IMG/VR virus record: IMGVR_UViG_3300011474_000007 | Coordinates: 62,001 to 126,000 of that record | Direction: 5' to 3' (one strand) | DNA: 64,000 bases | Origin: an uncultured virus (IMG/VR IMGVR_UViG_3300011474_000007) | Lineage: Duplodnaviria; Heunggongvirae; Uroviricota; Caudoviricetes | Part shown: positions 1 through 10,828 of the stretch, one piece after another | Position numbering within the stretch: position 1 is the first letter of the stretch | How the letters are laid out: each line of letters opens with the position of its first letter | Program-made: the position numbers and the translations under genes | The notes under the pieces: generated by a model | Told to the model about the DNA's origin: nothing | The model's input: only the letters and a program-made list of their open reading frames with translations | The model's database searches: none

Positions 1-256
1 AATAAACCAATTTATTTTCAGAAAAAAAGAGTAAGTATTATATGTATATATGATGTATTTGGATTGGTAGATTAAAGGAAATGGATAGTGAGGATATATT
101 TGTAGTTGATGCTTTAACTCTATCAGATAGCCCATATAGTGAAAAAAGTATTTGCGTTAATAAATTATTAACAGACATAAAATGATAGGGTTTCTTAACA
201 AGAATTAAAATAGATATTAATATAAAATAATTTGTTGGAATGAAGGAGAATCGTGT

Positions 257-826
257 ATGAGATTAGATAATTATGATGAGTTCGTAGAGCATGTAGTGGA
301 TAAATTTTATGAAGAAGATAATATACAGGTGATTTGTGACTATGATTTAGCAGATTCATTAATGAATGAATTTGGAGATATGGATTATACAGATTATAAA
401 GGAATTGATCTGCAATCAGACGTTGATGAGTATTATGTTACTAAATTTGAGGAAAAGTGTTTCTGTATAGAGCCATTAAAAGTGAATAACAAGATAAAAA
501 CAACAACTAGTGATTATTTTATTATAGATAGTAGTATTCTAGAGGATAATCCAACTTTGTTAGAGTATCTAGAGGGCGATAATTTTGAAGTTGAAATTAT
601 AGATTATAATTTGGAATGTGATTGTAAAAATTGTTGTGAGTCTTGTAATTGTGAAGAGGAAATGGATGAAGAAGATTTTGTATATCTTCAATTAGCTGAT
701 TTAATTGAAGAATATGTAGGTTTGATATTGGATAACGAACGTAAAGAAGAAGTTCTAGGACATGCTTTAACTGAATTTGCAGGTAGGGTTTTAGAAGAAT
801 TTAGCCTAGAGAAGAGAGAAGAATAG
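257..826 (+). CDS. Acidic hypothetical phage protein with a Cys cluster
   Basis: 189-aa ORF with AAGGAG RBS; CDCKNCCESCNC motif; no recognised family. Confidence 0.7.
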   Translation: MRLDNYDEFVEHVVDKFYEEDNIQVICDYDLADSLMNEFGDMDYTDYKGIDLQSDVDEYYVTKFEEKCFCIEPLKVNNKIKTTTSDYFIIDSSILEDNPTLLEYLEGDNFEVEIIDYNLECDCKNCCESCNCEEEMDEEDFVYLQLADLIEEYVGLILDNERKEEVLGHALTEFAGRVLEEFSLEKREE

Positions 827-876
827 TCATAAAAGAGTGATTTTATTTAAAAGTAATTTAAAGAAAAATTAACTGA

Positions 877-1017
877 TTTTCATGGTGAAGACCAGATACC
901 TATAGGTAAAAGAGCGGCTAATCTAACTATTTTAGCTAAAAGAGTTATGTTAAGAATAGGTATATTGCCAACAACATTTTTTGTAGCAAAAAAGTTAGAA
1001 ATTATTTATCATGAAAA
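877..1017 (+). ncRNA. Putative structured RNA leader upstream of the terminase operon
   Basis: 13-bp closing stem 877-889/1005-1017 with two G-U pairs; inner stems 896-903/956-963, 916-921/932-937 and 965-989; loop 922-928 (TCTAACT) complementary to 993-999 (AGTTAGA). Confidence 0.4.
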
Positions 1018-1044
1018 AATATAGAAAGGAAGTGAAAATGAAAA

Positions 1045-2100
1045 ATGGCTAGTAAACCTAAGATGAAATGCCAAGGTAAATGCCAAGGCACAAAATCAGT
1101 AGATAAATTCTATCGTAGTCAATCTCCAAAACATGAAATATTCGGAGGCTATTGTCCTTATTGTAAAGATTGTTTACAAAAGCTTGTTTATGTAAATGGA
1201 GTTTTCGATATAGAAAAATTAAAATTTGTACTTAAAAATTATTTAGATAAGCCATTTTTCAATGATGTTGTAGATAGTATTATGACTACAAACACATCAA
1301 ATCCTTTAGGAATGTATTTGAAACAGTTAAATCTAAGAAAGCAAGTTGGAAATGACGTCATGACATGGAAAGATGGAGAAACTGGAGAATCTGAAAATGT
1401 AAGGGATAGTAAAGATAATAAATTTGAAAAGAAAAAAATAAGCAAAAAAGATAAAGAAAATATTAAAATCGCACAAAAAGATGTTCTTAAATTATTGGGG
1501 TATGACCCTTTTATTAATGAACCCGAAGATGATAAATACAAATTATATAATAGTTTAATTGATTATTTAGATGAATCTACCTTAGAAGATAGTTTTAAAA
1601 TTCCTACAGTTATACAAATAGTTAAGACTTTTAATCAAGTAGATAAAATAGATAATGCATTAACAGAATATATGAATGATAAATCTAATATAGTTGGAAA
1701 TGCTAGTTCTATTAATACCCTATTTGGAGCTAAAAAAAATATGTTGGCATCGATATTAAATATGGCAAAAGATAATGGAATAAGTGTAAATCATAGTTTA
1801 AATAAATCAAAAGGTGCAGGTACTTTAACAGGTTCAATTAAAAAACTGCAAGATTTAGGATTTAATGAAGCAGAAATTAATCTGTTTAATATTGAAACTT
1901 GCGATGGTATGCAACAAGTAGCAAATGCTAGTAATAAAAGTATTGTACAACAACTTATGTTTGACGAGAATGATTATACCGAAATGATAAAAGAACAACG
2001 AATATTGATTGAAAAGTTTAGAAGTAGTGTTGAAAAATTAGAGGAAGAGAATAGACAATTAAAAATACAGCTATCACAAATAAAAGTAGGTGATAGTTAA
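1045..2100 (+). CDS. Putative terminase small subunit (N-terminal Zn finger, C-terminal coiled coil)
   Basis: CxxxC...CPYCKDC motif; directly upstream of and coupled to the large terminase. Confidence 0.55.
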   Translation: MASKPKMKCQGKCQGTKSVDKFYRSQSPKHEIFGGYCPYCKDCLQKLVYVNGVFDIEKLKFVLKNYLDKPFFNDVVDSIMTTNTSNPLGMYLKQLNLRKQVGNDVMTWKDGETGESENVRDSKDNKFEKKKISKKDKENIKIAQKDVLKLLGYDPFINEPEDDKYKLYNSLIDYLDESTLEDSFKIPTVIQIVKTFNQVDKIDNALTEYMNDKSNIVGNASSINTLFGAKKNMLASILNMAKDNGISVNHSLNKSKGAGTLTGSIKKLQDLGFNEAEINLFNIETCDGMQQVANASNKSIVQQLMFDENDYTEMIKEQRILIEKFRSSVEKLEEENRQLKIQLSQIKVGDS

Positions 2101-2102
2101 GC

Positions 2103-3944
2103 ATGGAATATCAAGTAAAAAAAACTAAAATAGAAATGTCTGAAAGAAAGAAGGAAAACTATATTAAACTAGCTCAAGTAATACAATGGGGTAGAAAATA
2201 TCCTGTAAAGTTTGTAGATAGATTTTTTGGAATTGAGCTTTTAGACTATCAAAAATATGTATTTCTAAACAGTTGGACAACTCCATTTTGTGTATGGTGT
2301 CAATGTAGAAACAGTGGTAAATCTACATTAGGAAGTCCTTTTATAATGGCAAAGTCAATACTTGTTCCCAATTTTCAAGGGTATTTATTAGCTGGAGATG
2401 GCTCACAATCAAAAGAGTTGTTTCAAAAAATTGAGAAAATAGCAAAGAAAGAAATAGCCTCTTTTACTGGATTAACTGATATCTTTTATAATGAATTAGT
2501 AAAAAGTGTTAGTAATTCTGATGGTTTTATCCATAATCCGAATTCTTTTGAGTATAAATTATTTAATGGAAGTAAAGTTAATACTTTAAATAGTGTTGCT
2601 AATAACCTAAGAAGCAAAAGAAGTAACTGCAACTTTTATGATGAGGCTGGGTTTATACCAGATGAATTATTTGTTGCTACTGAACCTTTTACAACACAAA
2701 ATAGTGATTTTAGATTGGGTGGAGATTCAGATGTAACTTTATTACCAAGACAATTTCCAAATCAATTAATATATGCTTCATCAGCTTCAAGCGTAGACAC
2801 ATACTTTTTTAAAAAGTATAGGGAGTTTTCTAAAAGAATGTTTTTAGGAGATAAAAGATATTTTGTTGCGGATATAAATAGTGATATTGTTATGAACGCT
2901 ACATTCAATGGTAAAATTTATCCCGTTGCATTAATAACACAAGATAAAATAGATAATGCTACAAGGGAAAATCCTGAAAAAGCTAATCGAGAATATCGAA
3001 ACATATTCTCTAAAGAAGGTGGCGATAATCAAATAGTAAAAAGAGCAACAGTTATAAGAAACAGTTTCTCATATAAACCAGTTTTATTTAATGATACTAA
3101 TAGAAGAATAGTTATGGCTTATGACCCTGCACATGACTATGATAATTCTATAGTATTAATTGCGGAAGAGATTTTTAATGAAAATATAGGGTGGTATTTG
3201 AAAATTTTAAATTGTGTATGCTTTTTAGATATTAGTAAGAAAAGTAAAAAACAATTAAGAACACCTGAACAAATTGACTATATAAAACAATTATTATTAG
3301 ACTATAATGGAAGTCAAAAAGCAGATTATGAAAATATTGATTTATTAATGGTGGATTCTGGTGCTGGTGGTGGGGGACATATAATTGGAGATTATTTTAT
3401 GGAAGACTGGGAAGATAAAAACGGTATAAAACATAAAGGTTTAATAGATAAAGAAGTAAATGAAGAACATGTTTCTAAATTTCCAAATGCAGTAAATAAA
3501 ATAAAATTAGTTAGCCCTAAAAAATATAGAAATGAAATGTTTTCAGCGTTAGAAGAAATGGCAAATTTAGATTTAATAAAATTCACTAAAGATTATGATA
3601 TGAAAGGATATATATATTTAGATGAAGAAAATCAAATGGATGAAGATAATGATTTAAAACAATATAAATTGAGTATTGATGAAGAAGTTTCTTTAAAACA
3701 AATTGATTTATCAAAAGAAGAATTGGTAAACATATATAGATATGAAAATGGTGCATCTGTGAAATATAGTTTACCTCCTGAAAAAGAAAAGAAAATGCAT
3801 GATGACAGAGCTTATTGCTTGGCAATGTTAGCATGGAGATTACAACAATTAAGAAGGAATGAGATAGTAGGTAAACCAAGAAAATCTACTTTAAATATAT
3901 CAGATTTGTTTGGTTTTAGAGCACCTAATATAAGAAAAGTATAA
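2103..3944 (+). CDS. terL: Terminase large subunit
   Basis: Walker A-like CRNSGKST, Walker B FYDEAG, nuclease motifs AYDPA and HDDRAY. Confidence 0.9.
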   Translation: MEYQVKKTKIEMSERKKENYIKLAQVIQWGRKYPVKFVDRFFGIELLDYQKYVFLNSWTTPFCVWCQCRNSGKSTLGSPFIMAKSILVPNFQGYLLAGDGSQSKELFQKIEKIAKKEIASFTGLTDIFYNELVKSVSNSDGFIHNPNSFEYKLFNGSKVNTLNSVANNLRSKRSNCNFYDEAGFIPDELFVATEPFTTQNSDFRLGGDSDVTLLPRQFPNQLIYASSASSVDTYFFKKYREFSKRMFLGDKRYFVADINSDIVMNATFNGKIYPVALITQDKIDNATRENPEKANREYRNIFSKEGGDNQIVKRATVIRNSFSYKPVLFNDTNRRIVMAYDPAHDYDNSIVLIAEEIFNENIGWYLKILNCVCFLDISKKSKKQLRTPEQIDYIKQLLLDYNGSQKADYENIDLLMVDSGAGGGGHIIGDYFMEDWEDKNGIKHKGLIDKEVNEEHVSKFPNAVNKIKLVSPKKYRNEMFSALEEMANLDLIKFTKDYDMKGYIYLDEENQMDEDNDLKQYKLSIDEEVSLKQIDLSKEELVNIYRYENGASVKYSLPPEKEKKMHDDRAYCLAMLAWRLQQLRRNEIVGKPRKSTLNISDLFGFRAPNIRKV

Positions 3945-3967
3945 ATTAATATTTTATAGGAAAGAAG

Positions 3968-5485
3968 GTGAAAAGTTTGCCTGAAGTAAAAGTAACAGAA
4001 ATTACACAAGAAGAAAAACAACAACAAAAGATGCAGATGTTTTTTACAAGTTTGGCTTCATTAATAGTAAATGATTTAAATAAAAATAATAAGAAAAATA
4101 GTTTCTTTAAGAAATATAAAAAACAAGATGTTATAGATTATTTACAAAACCCACAGAAATACGAAATAGAATTAAGAAATATATCAAGGTTTTTATATAT
4201 TAACTCTGCTCATTATAAAAGGCTTATAAATTATTTTGCTAATATGGCTTTATTTTACTATGATTTAAAGCCTACAGGAATAGTAGATGTTGAAAAAATT
4301 AATCAAAAGAAATTTATAAAGGAATATTATACAATATGTAATAGAATTGATAAAATGAATCTTTCTCATGAGTTCTCAAAGATATTGACTATAGCATTTA
4401 AAGAAGATGTCTTTTATGGATATGAATATGAAACTGAAGCTTCATATTTTATTAAAAATTTAGACCCTGACTATTGTTCTATAAGCTCTATAGAAGACGG
4501 TGTTTATAATTATCAATTTGATTTTACGTTTTTTAATAATAAAAAAGAAAAGTTAAAAGAATATGGGAAAGAGTTTGAAATAAAATATAATAGATATTTA
4601 AAAGACAGAAAAAGAAATAGATATCAAGAATTAGATAGTAAAAAAACTATTTGCATTAAGATAAATGAAGAGATAGAATACCCTATACCTCCTTTTGCAA
4701 ATGTATTTGAAGCTTTATATGATATTAATGATTATAAAATGCTTAAAAAGGCAAAAGAGGAAATAGGAAATTATCAATTATTATCAATGAATATTCCTAT
4801 GAGTGATAAAACACCTGATGAACCAATGTTGGATTTTACTATAGCAAAAGAATTCTATGCACAAGCTTTAAATGTATTGCCTGACCAAATAGGTGCTATA
4901 TTATCGCCAATGAAGATTGATTCTATTAAGTTTGAAAGAGATACTCCTAATAATGATAAAGTTATTGAAGCCGAAGATTTATTTTGGTCTAGTGCAGGAG
5001 TAAATGGTAACTTATTTAATTCAAAAGGAAATAGTGGTTCAGTTGTAGATTTATCAATAAAAACAGATGAATCTATTGTGTTTAAAGTATTAAAACAAGG
5101 TGCTAGATGGGTTAATAGAAAAATTAAATTTGATAAAACTCAATTCATGTACAATTTTAGTTTTTTAGATGTTACCATCAATAATCAACAAAAAATGATA
5201 GATAAATATTTTAAATTAGCACAATATGGATTACCTGTAAAAACGAATTTATGCTCATTAGTAGGGCTTTCTCCTGTAGATATGCAGATAAATACGTGGT
5301 TAGAAAATGATGTATTAAAATTACATGAAAATTGGTTACCACTTAATAGTAGCCATACTCAAACAAACGAAACTGATGATGGTAATAAAAAAATTGGTAA
5401 ACCAAAAAAAGATATAGATGAATTGCAAGAGACAGGTGAGCAAACTAGAGAGAATGATTCTAATAATAATAGATTAAAACAATAA
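3968..5485 (+). CDS. Portal protein
   Basis: 505 aa directly after terL; SPbeta-like gene order; C-terminal GKP motif. Confidence 0.75.
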   Translation: MKSLPEVKVTEITQEEKQQQKMQMFFTSLASLIVNDLNKNNKKNSFFKKYKKQDVIDYLQNPQKYEIELRNISRFLYINSAHYKRLINYFANMALFYYDLKPTGIVDVEKINQKKFIKEYYTICNRIDKMNLSHEFSKILTIAFKEDVFYGYEYETEASYFIKNLDPDYCSISSIEDGVYNYQFDFTFFNNKKEKLKEYGKEFEIKYNRYLKDRKRNRYQELDSKKTICIKINEEIEYPIPPFANVFEALYDINDYKMLKKAKEEIGNYQLLSMNIPMSDKTPDEPMLDFTIAKEFYAQALNVLPDQIGAILSPMKIDSIKFERDTPNNDKVIEAEDLFWSSAGVNGNLFNSKGNSGSVVDLSIKTDESIVFKVLKQGARWVNRKIKFDKTQFMYNFSFLDVTINNQQKMIDKYFKLAQYGLPVKTNLCSLVGLSPVDMQINTWLENDVLKLHENWLPLNSSHTQTNETDDGNKKIGKPKKDIDELQETGEQTRENDSNNNRLKQ

Positions 5486-5505
5486 TCTGAAAGGGGGTGT
5501 GAAAA

Positions 5506-6744
5506 ATGAATAAAAAAGAAATTAATAAGAACATTCCAATTATGTTTCAAAAGTTAAAAGAATTTGATATCAAAGATACTAGGTTTACGAAAACCAAAAT
5601 TTGGCTCATGCATTTAGGTAAAAACTTAAATGGAAGTTTTTTTGAGAAAGAATCTACTGAAAAAGCTATTCCTTCATTAGCCAATACTCCTATATTAACA
5701 TATATAGAAGATAATAGCGATGGGGAAAAAGATTGTTCTGATCATAGAGAGATATTAGCCGTAGAAAATGGTGAATATAAAATTAAATATCTAGGACAAG
5801 CAGTAGGTGTTATTCCTGAAACAAATAATGCGAAATTTGAAAGTAGAATTTGTGATGATGGAATAGAAAGAGTATTTTTAACTTGTGAAGGACTTATATG
5901 GAATAAATGGGACGATATACAAGAAATTATGGATAGAGATATCAAGAAGCAACAATCTATGGAATTGCATGAGAATTATGAAGGTGTTTTTGATGAAGAT
6001 GGATTATTTCATTTTACAAAGTTTCAATTTTTTGGTGCTTGCATACTAGGAAAAGATGTACAACCTGCAATGCGTTCAGCGTCAATTGAATTACAAGAGT
6101 TTTCATATAGAAACTTTGCAAAAGAAATTAAGTCTAAGTTGGAAATGTTTAAAGAATATATGAAAGAAAGTGAGGAAGATGAAATGGAGAAAGAAAAGAA
6201 AAAAATAGGTGATGAAAAAATAGTAGAAGATAAGAATAAATCTACTGATGAAAAAGCAGTTGAAACTAAAAAACCTGCAGAAACAATTGTTGAAAGAGAG
6301 ATAGAATTAACAAAAGAAACTAATATTATTAGAGAAAAACAAAATTGTAATGTTGAAGAATATATAGAAAAAATAAACTCTTTACAACAAGAAATAGAAG
6401 AATTAAAAGAAGAAAATTCTGCTCTAAAAGAAGAAAATAAGGAATTATCTGAATTTAAATCTTTAAGATTAAAAGAAGATAGAAAAAAGGCAGAAGAGGA
6501 ATTATTTGCACAATATAAAGAATTAGAAAATTTAAAAGAATATCAAAAGCTAAAGAATACAGCTGATACATTTGAAAACCTAGAAGATTTAGAAAAAGAA
6601 TTAGCGTTATTATATGTTAAGAACAACAAGACTTTTTCTAAAAAGGTAGAATCAGAGAAACAAACCGTTAAATTTCAAATTGAAAAGACAGAACAAAAAG
6701 ATGATGGATATGGTGGTTTATTGAGTAAATATAGAGAGAAATAA
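5506..6744 (+). CDS. Prohead protease / scaffold protein
   Basis: N-terminal domain with H-x-G-x-N-x-N-G-S, QSMEL and GACILG motifs; charged coiled-coil C-terminal half; located between portal and capsid genes. Confidence 0.7.
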   Translation: MNKKEINKNIPIMFQKLKEFDIKDTRFTKTKIWLMHLGKNLNGSFFEKESTEKAIPSLANTPILTYIEDNSDGEKDCSDHREILAVENGEYKIKYLGQAVGVIPETNNAKFESRICDDGIERVFLTCEGLIWNKWDDIQEIMDRDIKKQQSMELHENYEGVFDEDGLFHFTKFQFFGACILGKDVQPAMRSASIELQEFSYRNFAKEIKSKLEMFKEYMKESEEDEMEKEKKKIGDEKIVEDKNKSTDEKAVETKKPAETIVEREIELTKETNIIREKQNCNVEEYIEKINSLQQEIEELKEENSALKEENKELSEFKSLRLKEDRKKAEEELFAQYKELENLKEYQKLKNTADTFENLEDLEKELALLYVKNNKTFSKKVESEKQTVKFQIEKTEQKDDGYGGLLSKYREK

Positions 6745-6802
6745 AGATATATTTACCCTAAATAATATAAAGAATTTATAAAATTTAAGGAGGAAAACAA
6801 AT

Positions 6803-7351
6803 ATGAAAGGTATAGTTAGATTAGACAAAGTTAAAAGTTGTTATGCAGGACATGTATACTCTGTTCAAGCAAATGAAGAACTACAAAATGGATTTATAGG
6901 ACATTTAGGAGATTTAATGGATGGTGAAAGAGAAGTACACTCTCTTGTAAAACCAACAACAGAAAGTATTAAGAAAGATACAGTAGTTCTTATAGCTAAT
7001 CCAGAGATAAGTTATGAAGGAAGAATAATGAGTGATTATGCGTTAGAAAATTATTCAATACCAGCAAATGAAGCTTGCAAAGCTTACGAATTAAATAGAA
7101 CAGATATATTTTCTGTAAGTGATGTGATAGTAGATGTTATTGATAAAGCTAATGGTGCAAAGAAAGGTAATTATGTTGTTGCACAAAATGGTTCATTTAA
7201 ATTAAAAGAAGTTGAAACTTTAGATGGAACAGAAGTTTTTGCAGCAAAAATATTACCTTTAGAAACAATGGGAACAACAACTGTAGTAGGTATGCCAGGA
7301 CATACAGGAAGATTAACTAAGTTTGTACCTGTACAAGTTGTAAAAGCTTAA
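6803..7351 (+). CDS. Capsid decoration / minor head protein
   Basis: 182 aa beta-rich ORF before the major capsid gene; strong RBS nearly identical to that of the capsid gene. Confidence 0.55.
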   Translation: MKGIVRLDKVKSCYAGHVYSVQANEELQNGFIGHLGDLMDGEREVHSLVKPTTESIKKDTVVLIANPEISYEGRIMSDYALENYSIPANEACKAYELNRTDIFSVSDVIVDVIDKANGAKKGNYVVAQNGSFKLKEVETLDGTEVFAAKILPLETMGTTTVVGMPGHTGRLTKFVPVQVVKA

Positions 7352-7399
7352 AACAAAATAATTTTAAAATTAACAGGGAATTTAAGGAGGAAAATAAAT

Positions 7400-8395
7400 A
7401 TGAAAGAGTTAGCAAAATTATGTTTAGACACTTATAAAGGACAAGTTCCAAATTTTTCAGCAAAGGATTCAAGTGAGATAATAAGAAATGCTTTTGTTGA
7501 TATGATAGGTACAGATAAAGTAGACTATAAAACATTTAGAAGACACAAGAATGAAATATTTGAGGTAATAGAAGAAACAATAGACCAGCTTATAGTAGAA
7601 GGTTGGGGAGAAAATGCATTTTTTGAGAGATTTGTTGAAAGAAAAGATTTAGACTTTGGAGATAAAAATGAATTCTATGTTGAAGATAGAAGTTTATTAA
7701 CTATAAGTAGATTCAGTGGAAGTCATTGGGATATAAGAAGACAAAAATTAAATGTTGGTGAAAGTTTCAATGTACCAACTCAATTCTATGGTGCTAAAAT
7801 ATATACAGACTTTGTAAGATTTTTATCTGGTAGAATAGATTGGATAGCTTTTATTGATAAAGTAAAAAAATCATATGATAATTTCATCAATGGAGAAATA
7901 TATACTTCATTTATGAATGCATCTTCTTATTTACCTTCTGCATTTAAAGAAACTGGTTCTTTTACAGAAAGCAGAATGTTAGAAATATGCGACCATGTTT
8001 CTGCTGCTTGTGGTAATGCTCCTATAACTATTGTTGGAACAAGAACAGCTTTAAATAAAATGACAGGAACAGTTAATAGTGAATGGATTTCTGATGGAAT
8101 GAAAGAAGCTAAAAATTTAAAAGGTGTTATATCACATTGGAATGGTATAGAATGTATGCCTATAAGTCAAGTACATAAAGGAAATACATTTGATTTCTTA
8201 TTAGATGATAAGAAATTATTAATCATACCAAATAACATAAAACCAATAAAATTAGTTAATGAAGGACAAACTATAATAAAAGAAGTTAATGATGGAACAA
8301 GTAATATGGATATGTCTATGGAATATGCTTTCCAAAAGAGATTAGGTGTTGGTGTAGTATTTAATGCTATGTATGGCTCTTTTGAAATAGCATAA
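7400..8395 (+). CDS. Major capsid protein
   Basis: 331 aa; strong RBS; position in head module; followed by a terminator. Confidence 0.8.
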   Translation: MKELAKLCLDTYKGQVPNFSAKDSSEIIRNAFVDMIGTDKVDYKTFRRHKNEIFEVIEETIDQLIVEGWGENAFFERFVERKDLDFGDKNEFYVEDRSLLTISRFSGSHWDIRRQKLNVGESFNVPTQFYGAKIYTDFVRFLSGRIDWIAFIDKVKKSYDNFINGEIYTSFMNASSYLPSAFKETGSFTESRMLEICDHVSAACGNAPITIVGTRTALNKMTGTVNSEWISDGMKEAKNLKGVISHWNGIECMPISQVHKGNTFDFLLDDKKLLIIPNNIKPIKLVNEGQTIIKEVNDGTSNMDMSMEYAFQKRLGVGVVFNAMYGSFEIA

Positions 8396-8409
8396 TATAA
8401 AATAATTTG

Positions 8410-8442
8410 GAAGGTTAGAATAAATACTAGCCTTCTTATTTT
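8410..8442 (+). terminator. Intrinsic terminator after the major capsid gene
   Basis: GAAGGTTAG...CTAGCCTTC stem followed by TTATTTT. Confidence 0.65.
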
Positions 8443-8470
8443 AATATTTTGAAAGGAGAAATTTTAAAGA

Positions 8471-9022
8471 ATGGCAACAAAAAAAGATGAAGTAAAAGAA
8501 ACAAAGCAAGTAAAGGAAACTAAAGAAGTAAAAAAAGAAGAAATTAGAGAAGCTGAAAAGAAGAAAGAACTAAAGATACCCAATAGAGATGAAATGATAT
8601 TATGTAGAAGTGTAGTAATAGGTGGTTTAACATATGTATCTGAAAGAAGTAAAGCGACATGGCGTTTTGATGATTATGGTTCAGAACAATATATTGAATA
8701 TGGAGAATTATTAAATATGAAAGCATCTAATCCAGATTTTCTATTTAAACCTTGGTTAGTAATAGATGACAATTCTGCCGCGATAAAATATTTAGGATTA
8801 GAAAGTCTTTATAATTCAATTGTACCTATAGAAGATTTAGAAGGATTCTTTAGACAACCTTTAGATGAAATATCTGAAAAATTAGAAAAACTTCCTTTGG
8901 GTGCAAGAAATATATTAGCTTCAAAAGCTAGAAAAATGATTGAAAGCAGAGAGTTATATGATATTAGAATTATAGAATTGTTAGAAAAGAAATTACAATT
9001 AGATTTAAGTGTGGTTGAATAA
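8471..9022 (+). CDS. Hypothetical head-module protein
   Basis: 183-aa ORF with RBS; position after the capsid gene. Confidence 0.65.
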   Translation: MATKKDEVKETKQVKETKEVKKEEIREAEKKKELKIPNRDEMILCRSVVIGGLTYVSERSKATWRFDDYGSEQYIEYGELLNMKASNPDFLFKPWLVIDDNSAAIKYLGLESLYNSIVPIEDLEGFFRQPLDEISEKLEKLPLGARNILASKARKMIESRELYDIRIIELLEKKLQLDLSVVE

Positions 9023-9037
9023 AGGAGGTGGCTTTGA

Positions 9038-9460
9038 ATGGCTACTTCATTTCAAAGAATTTACGATAAGTTTCTAGCACAAATAGACGATACTGATTTA
9101 TTGAAACTAGAAAATCAAGAAATAGAATCTTTTTTATTTAATTATTTAGAGAATTCAATAGTAGATTTCAAAAAATGTAAAAAGGATTTAATAAAGAATT
9201 TAAATAAAGAAAAACAACAATTTGAAATAGAGTTAGACTTAGAGGAAATCTATATACTTAGTTTAGGTATGGTATTGCATTGGTTACAACCACAAGTACA
9301 AAGATTACAACTTATAAGACAATCATTAGGGGATAGAGACTTCAAGTTAAGTTCAAATTGGCAAACATTAGACAAGTTGAATAATTTAGAAGAAAAAACT
9401 AGAAAAAACTTAAAAAACTATATTATTAGTTATACTTTTAATGATTTGAAATATAGATAG
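9038..9460 (+). CDS. Putative head-tail adaptor protein
   Basis: 140-aa helical ORF in neck position; AAGGAGG RBS. Confidence 0.5.
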   Translation: MATSFQRIYDKFLAQIDDTDLLKLENQEIESFLFNYLENSIVDFKKCKKDLIKNLNKEKQQFEIELDLEEIYILSLGMVLHWLQPQVQRLQLIRQSLGDRDFKLSSNWQTLDKLNNLEEKTRKNLKNYIISYTFNDLKYR

Positions 9461-9470
9461 GGGAGGTTTA

Positions 9471-10751
9471 GTGATGGATTTTTCTTATTTAAATAAGTAT
9501 AGAAAAAAATCAACAATATCAGGCACAACCTCTCAAGAACAATTAATACAACAGGAAAGAGAAAATTTTAATTATTATTTAAACAATGCACCTAATAAAT
9601 TTGTGATTGAGATATTTAAAGATGCAAATAGTTCTTCAAATGAGCATATCGTATGTACAATACAAGATCATCATTTTAATGATTCACAAAATATTGATGG
9701 CAAAATATTATGTTGTAAGTATGATGAAAAGCTTAATATAGGTGATTTAATTTTATGGAGTAATAAATTCTATATGGCATATTTTGAAGAAAAAAACACT
9801 ATACCATCTCACAAAACTCTATTGATTAAACCATGTAATAATGTTTTAACATTACAATATAATAAAAATATTTATAAATTTCCTTGTATTTTATCTAATG
9901 CAACATTGTATTCAGATGGTTTAGAGGAAAAGCAGATGATATTAAGTGATGACCAGAGGGGTTGCTTGATACCTTATAATCATATTACTAAACAGATACA
10001 GTTACAACAAAGATTTATTTTTAATCATAATAGTGTTTTCTCAGTTTCTTTAATAGATGATTTTACTTTTAAACAAGTAAATGGTAATAATGGATTATTG
10101 CAATTTAATATGATTAGAGAACAGAAAAAGACTAATCTTGATGATTTTAAAAACAACTTAGCAGACAATTCTCATCTTAAAAAAGAAGAACCTATAATAT
10201 TACAAATAGATAATAAAACTATTCAGCTAGAAATTAATAAAACTTATCAATTGAATCTTAAATTATTACAAGGAAATAAAGAAGTAAATACTCAAGAAGA
10301 ATTAAATAGAATTACCTATGAAATTGGTGATAATACAATTGCAAAAGTAGAAAGTGGATTGATAACAAGCCTACAAAAAGGTAATACGAATATACAGATT
10401 TGCTACTATGATCAGATTATTAATATTCCAATACAAGTTATAGATATAAGTGTACACAGTGGTACTTGTAATATTATTGGAAATGACTTTATTAAAATTG
10501 GCAAATTATCTAAGTGGACGGTAGAGTTATATGATAATCAAGGTAATAAGGTAGATGGAAAAGTTGAATGGGATATTATAGGTGAAAATATAGATGATTT
10601 AATTAAAATTAGAGAGAAAACATCTAATAGTATAGTTCTATTAGCTTATAAAGAACAAGAAAACATAGGTAAAAAGATTATTATTAAATGTAAAACTCTT
10701 GATGGACTAAGTTTTGACCAACAAGAAGTAACTTTAAAGAGTTTAATATAG
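9471..10751 (+). CDS. Putative head closure protein with C-terminal Ig-like domains
   Basis: Neck position; Big_2-like segment (IAKVESGLITSLQKGNTNIQI). Confidence 0.5.
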   Translation: MMDFSYLNKYRKKSTISGTTSQEQLIQQERENFNYYLNNAPNKFVIEIFKDANSSSNEHIVCTIQDHHFNDSQNIDGKILCCKYDEKLNIGDLILWSNKFYMAYFEEKNTIPSHKTLLIKPCNNVLTLQYNKNIYKFPCILSNATLYSDGLEEKQMILSDDQRGCLIPYNHITKQIQLQQRFIFNHNSVFSVSLIDDFTFKQVNGNNGLLQFNMIREQKKTNLDDFKNNLADNSHLKKEEPIILQIDNKTIQLEINKTYQLNLKLLQGNKEVNTQEELNRITYEIGDNTIAKVESGLITSLQKGNTNIQICYYDQIINIPIQVIDISVHSGTCNIIGNDFIKIGKLSKWTVELYDNQGNKVDGKVEWDIIGENIDDLIKIREKTSNSIVLLAYKEQENIGKKIIIKCKTLDGLSFDQQEVTLKSLI

Positions 10752-10828
10752 ATTTAGTATTTTATAAAAGAATTCATTAAAAATGAATTAAAATAAAAAA
10801 TAATAATAAATTAAGGGAGTGTTGATAC

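Noticed and set aside
81..197. 38-codon ORF at the window start
   Set aside because: Too short and context truncated; cannot be supported
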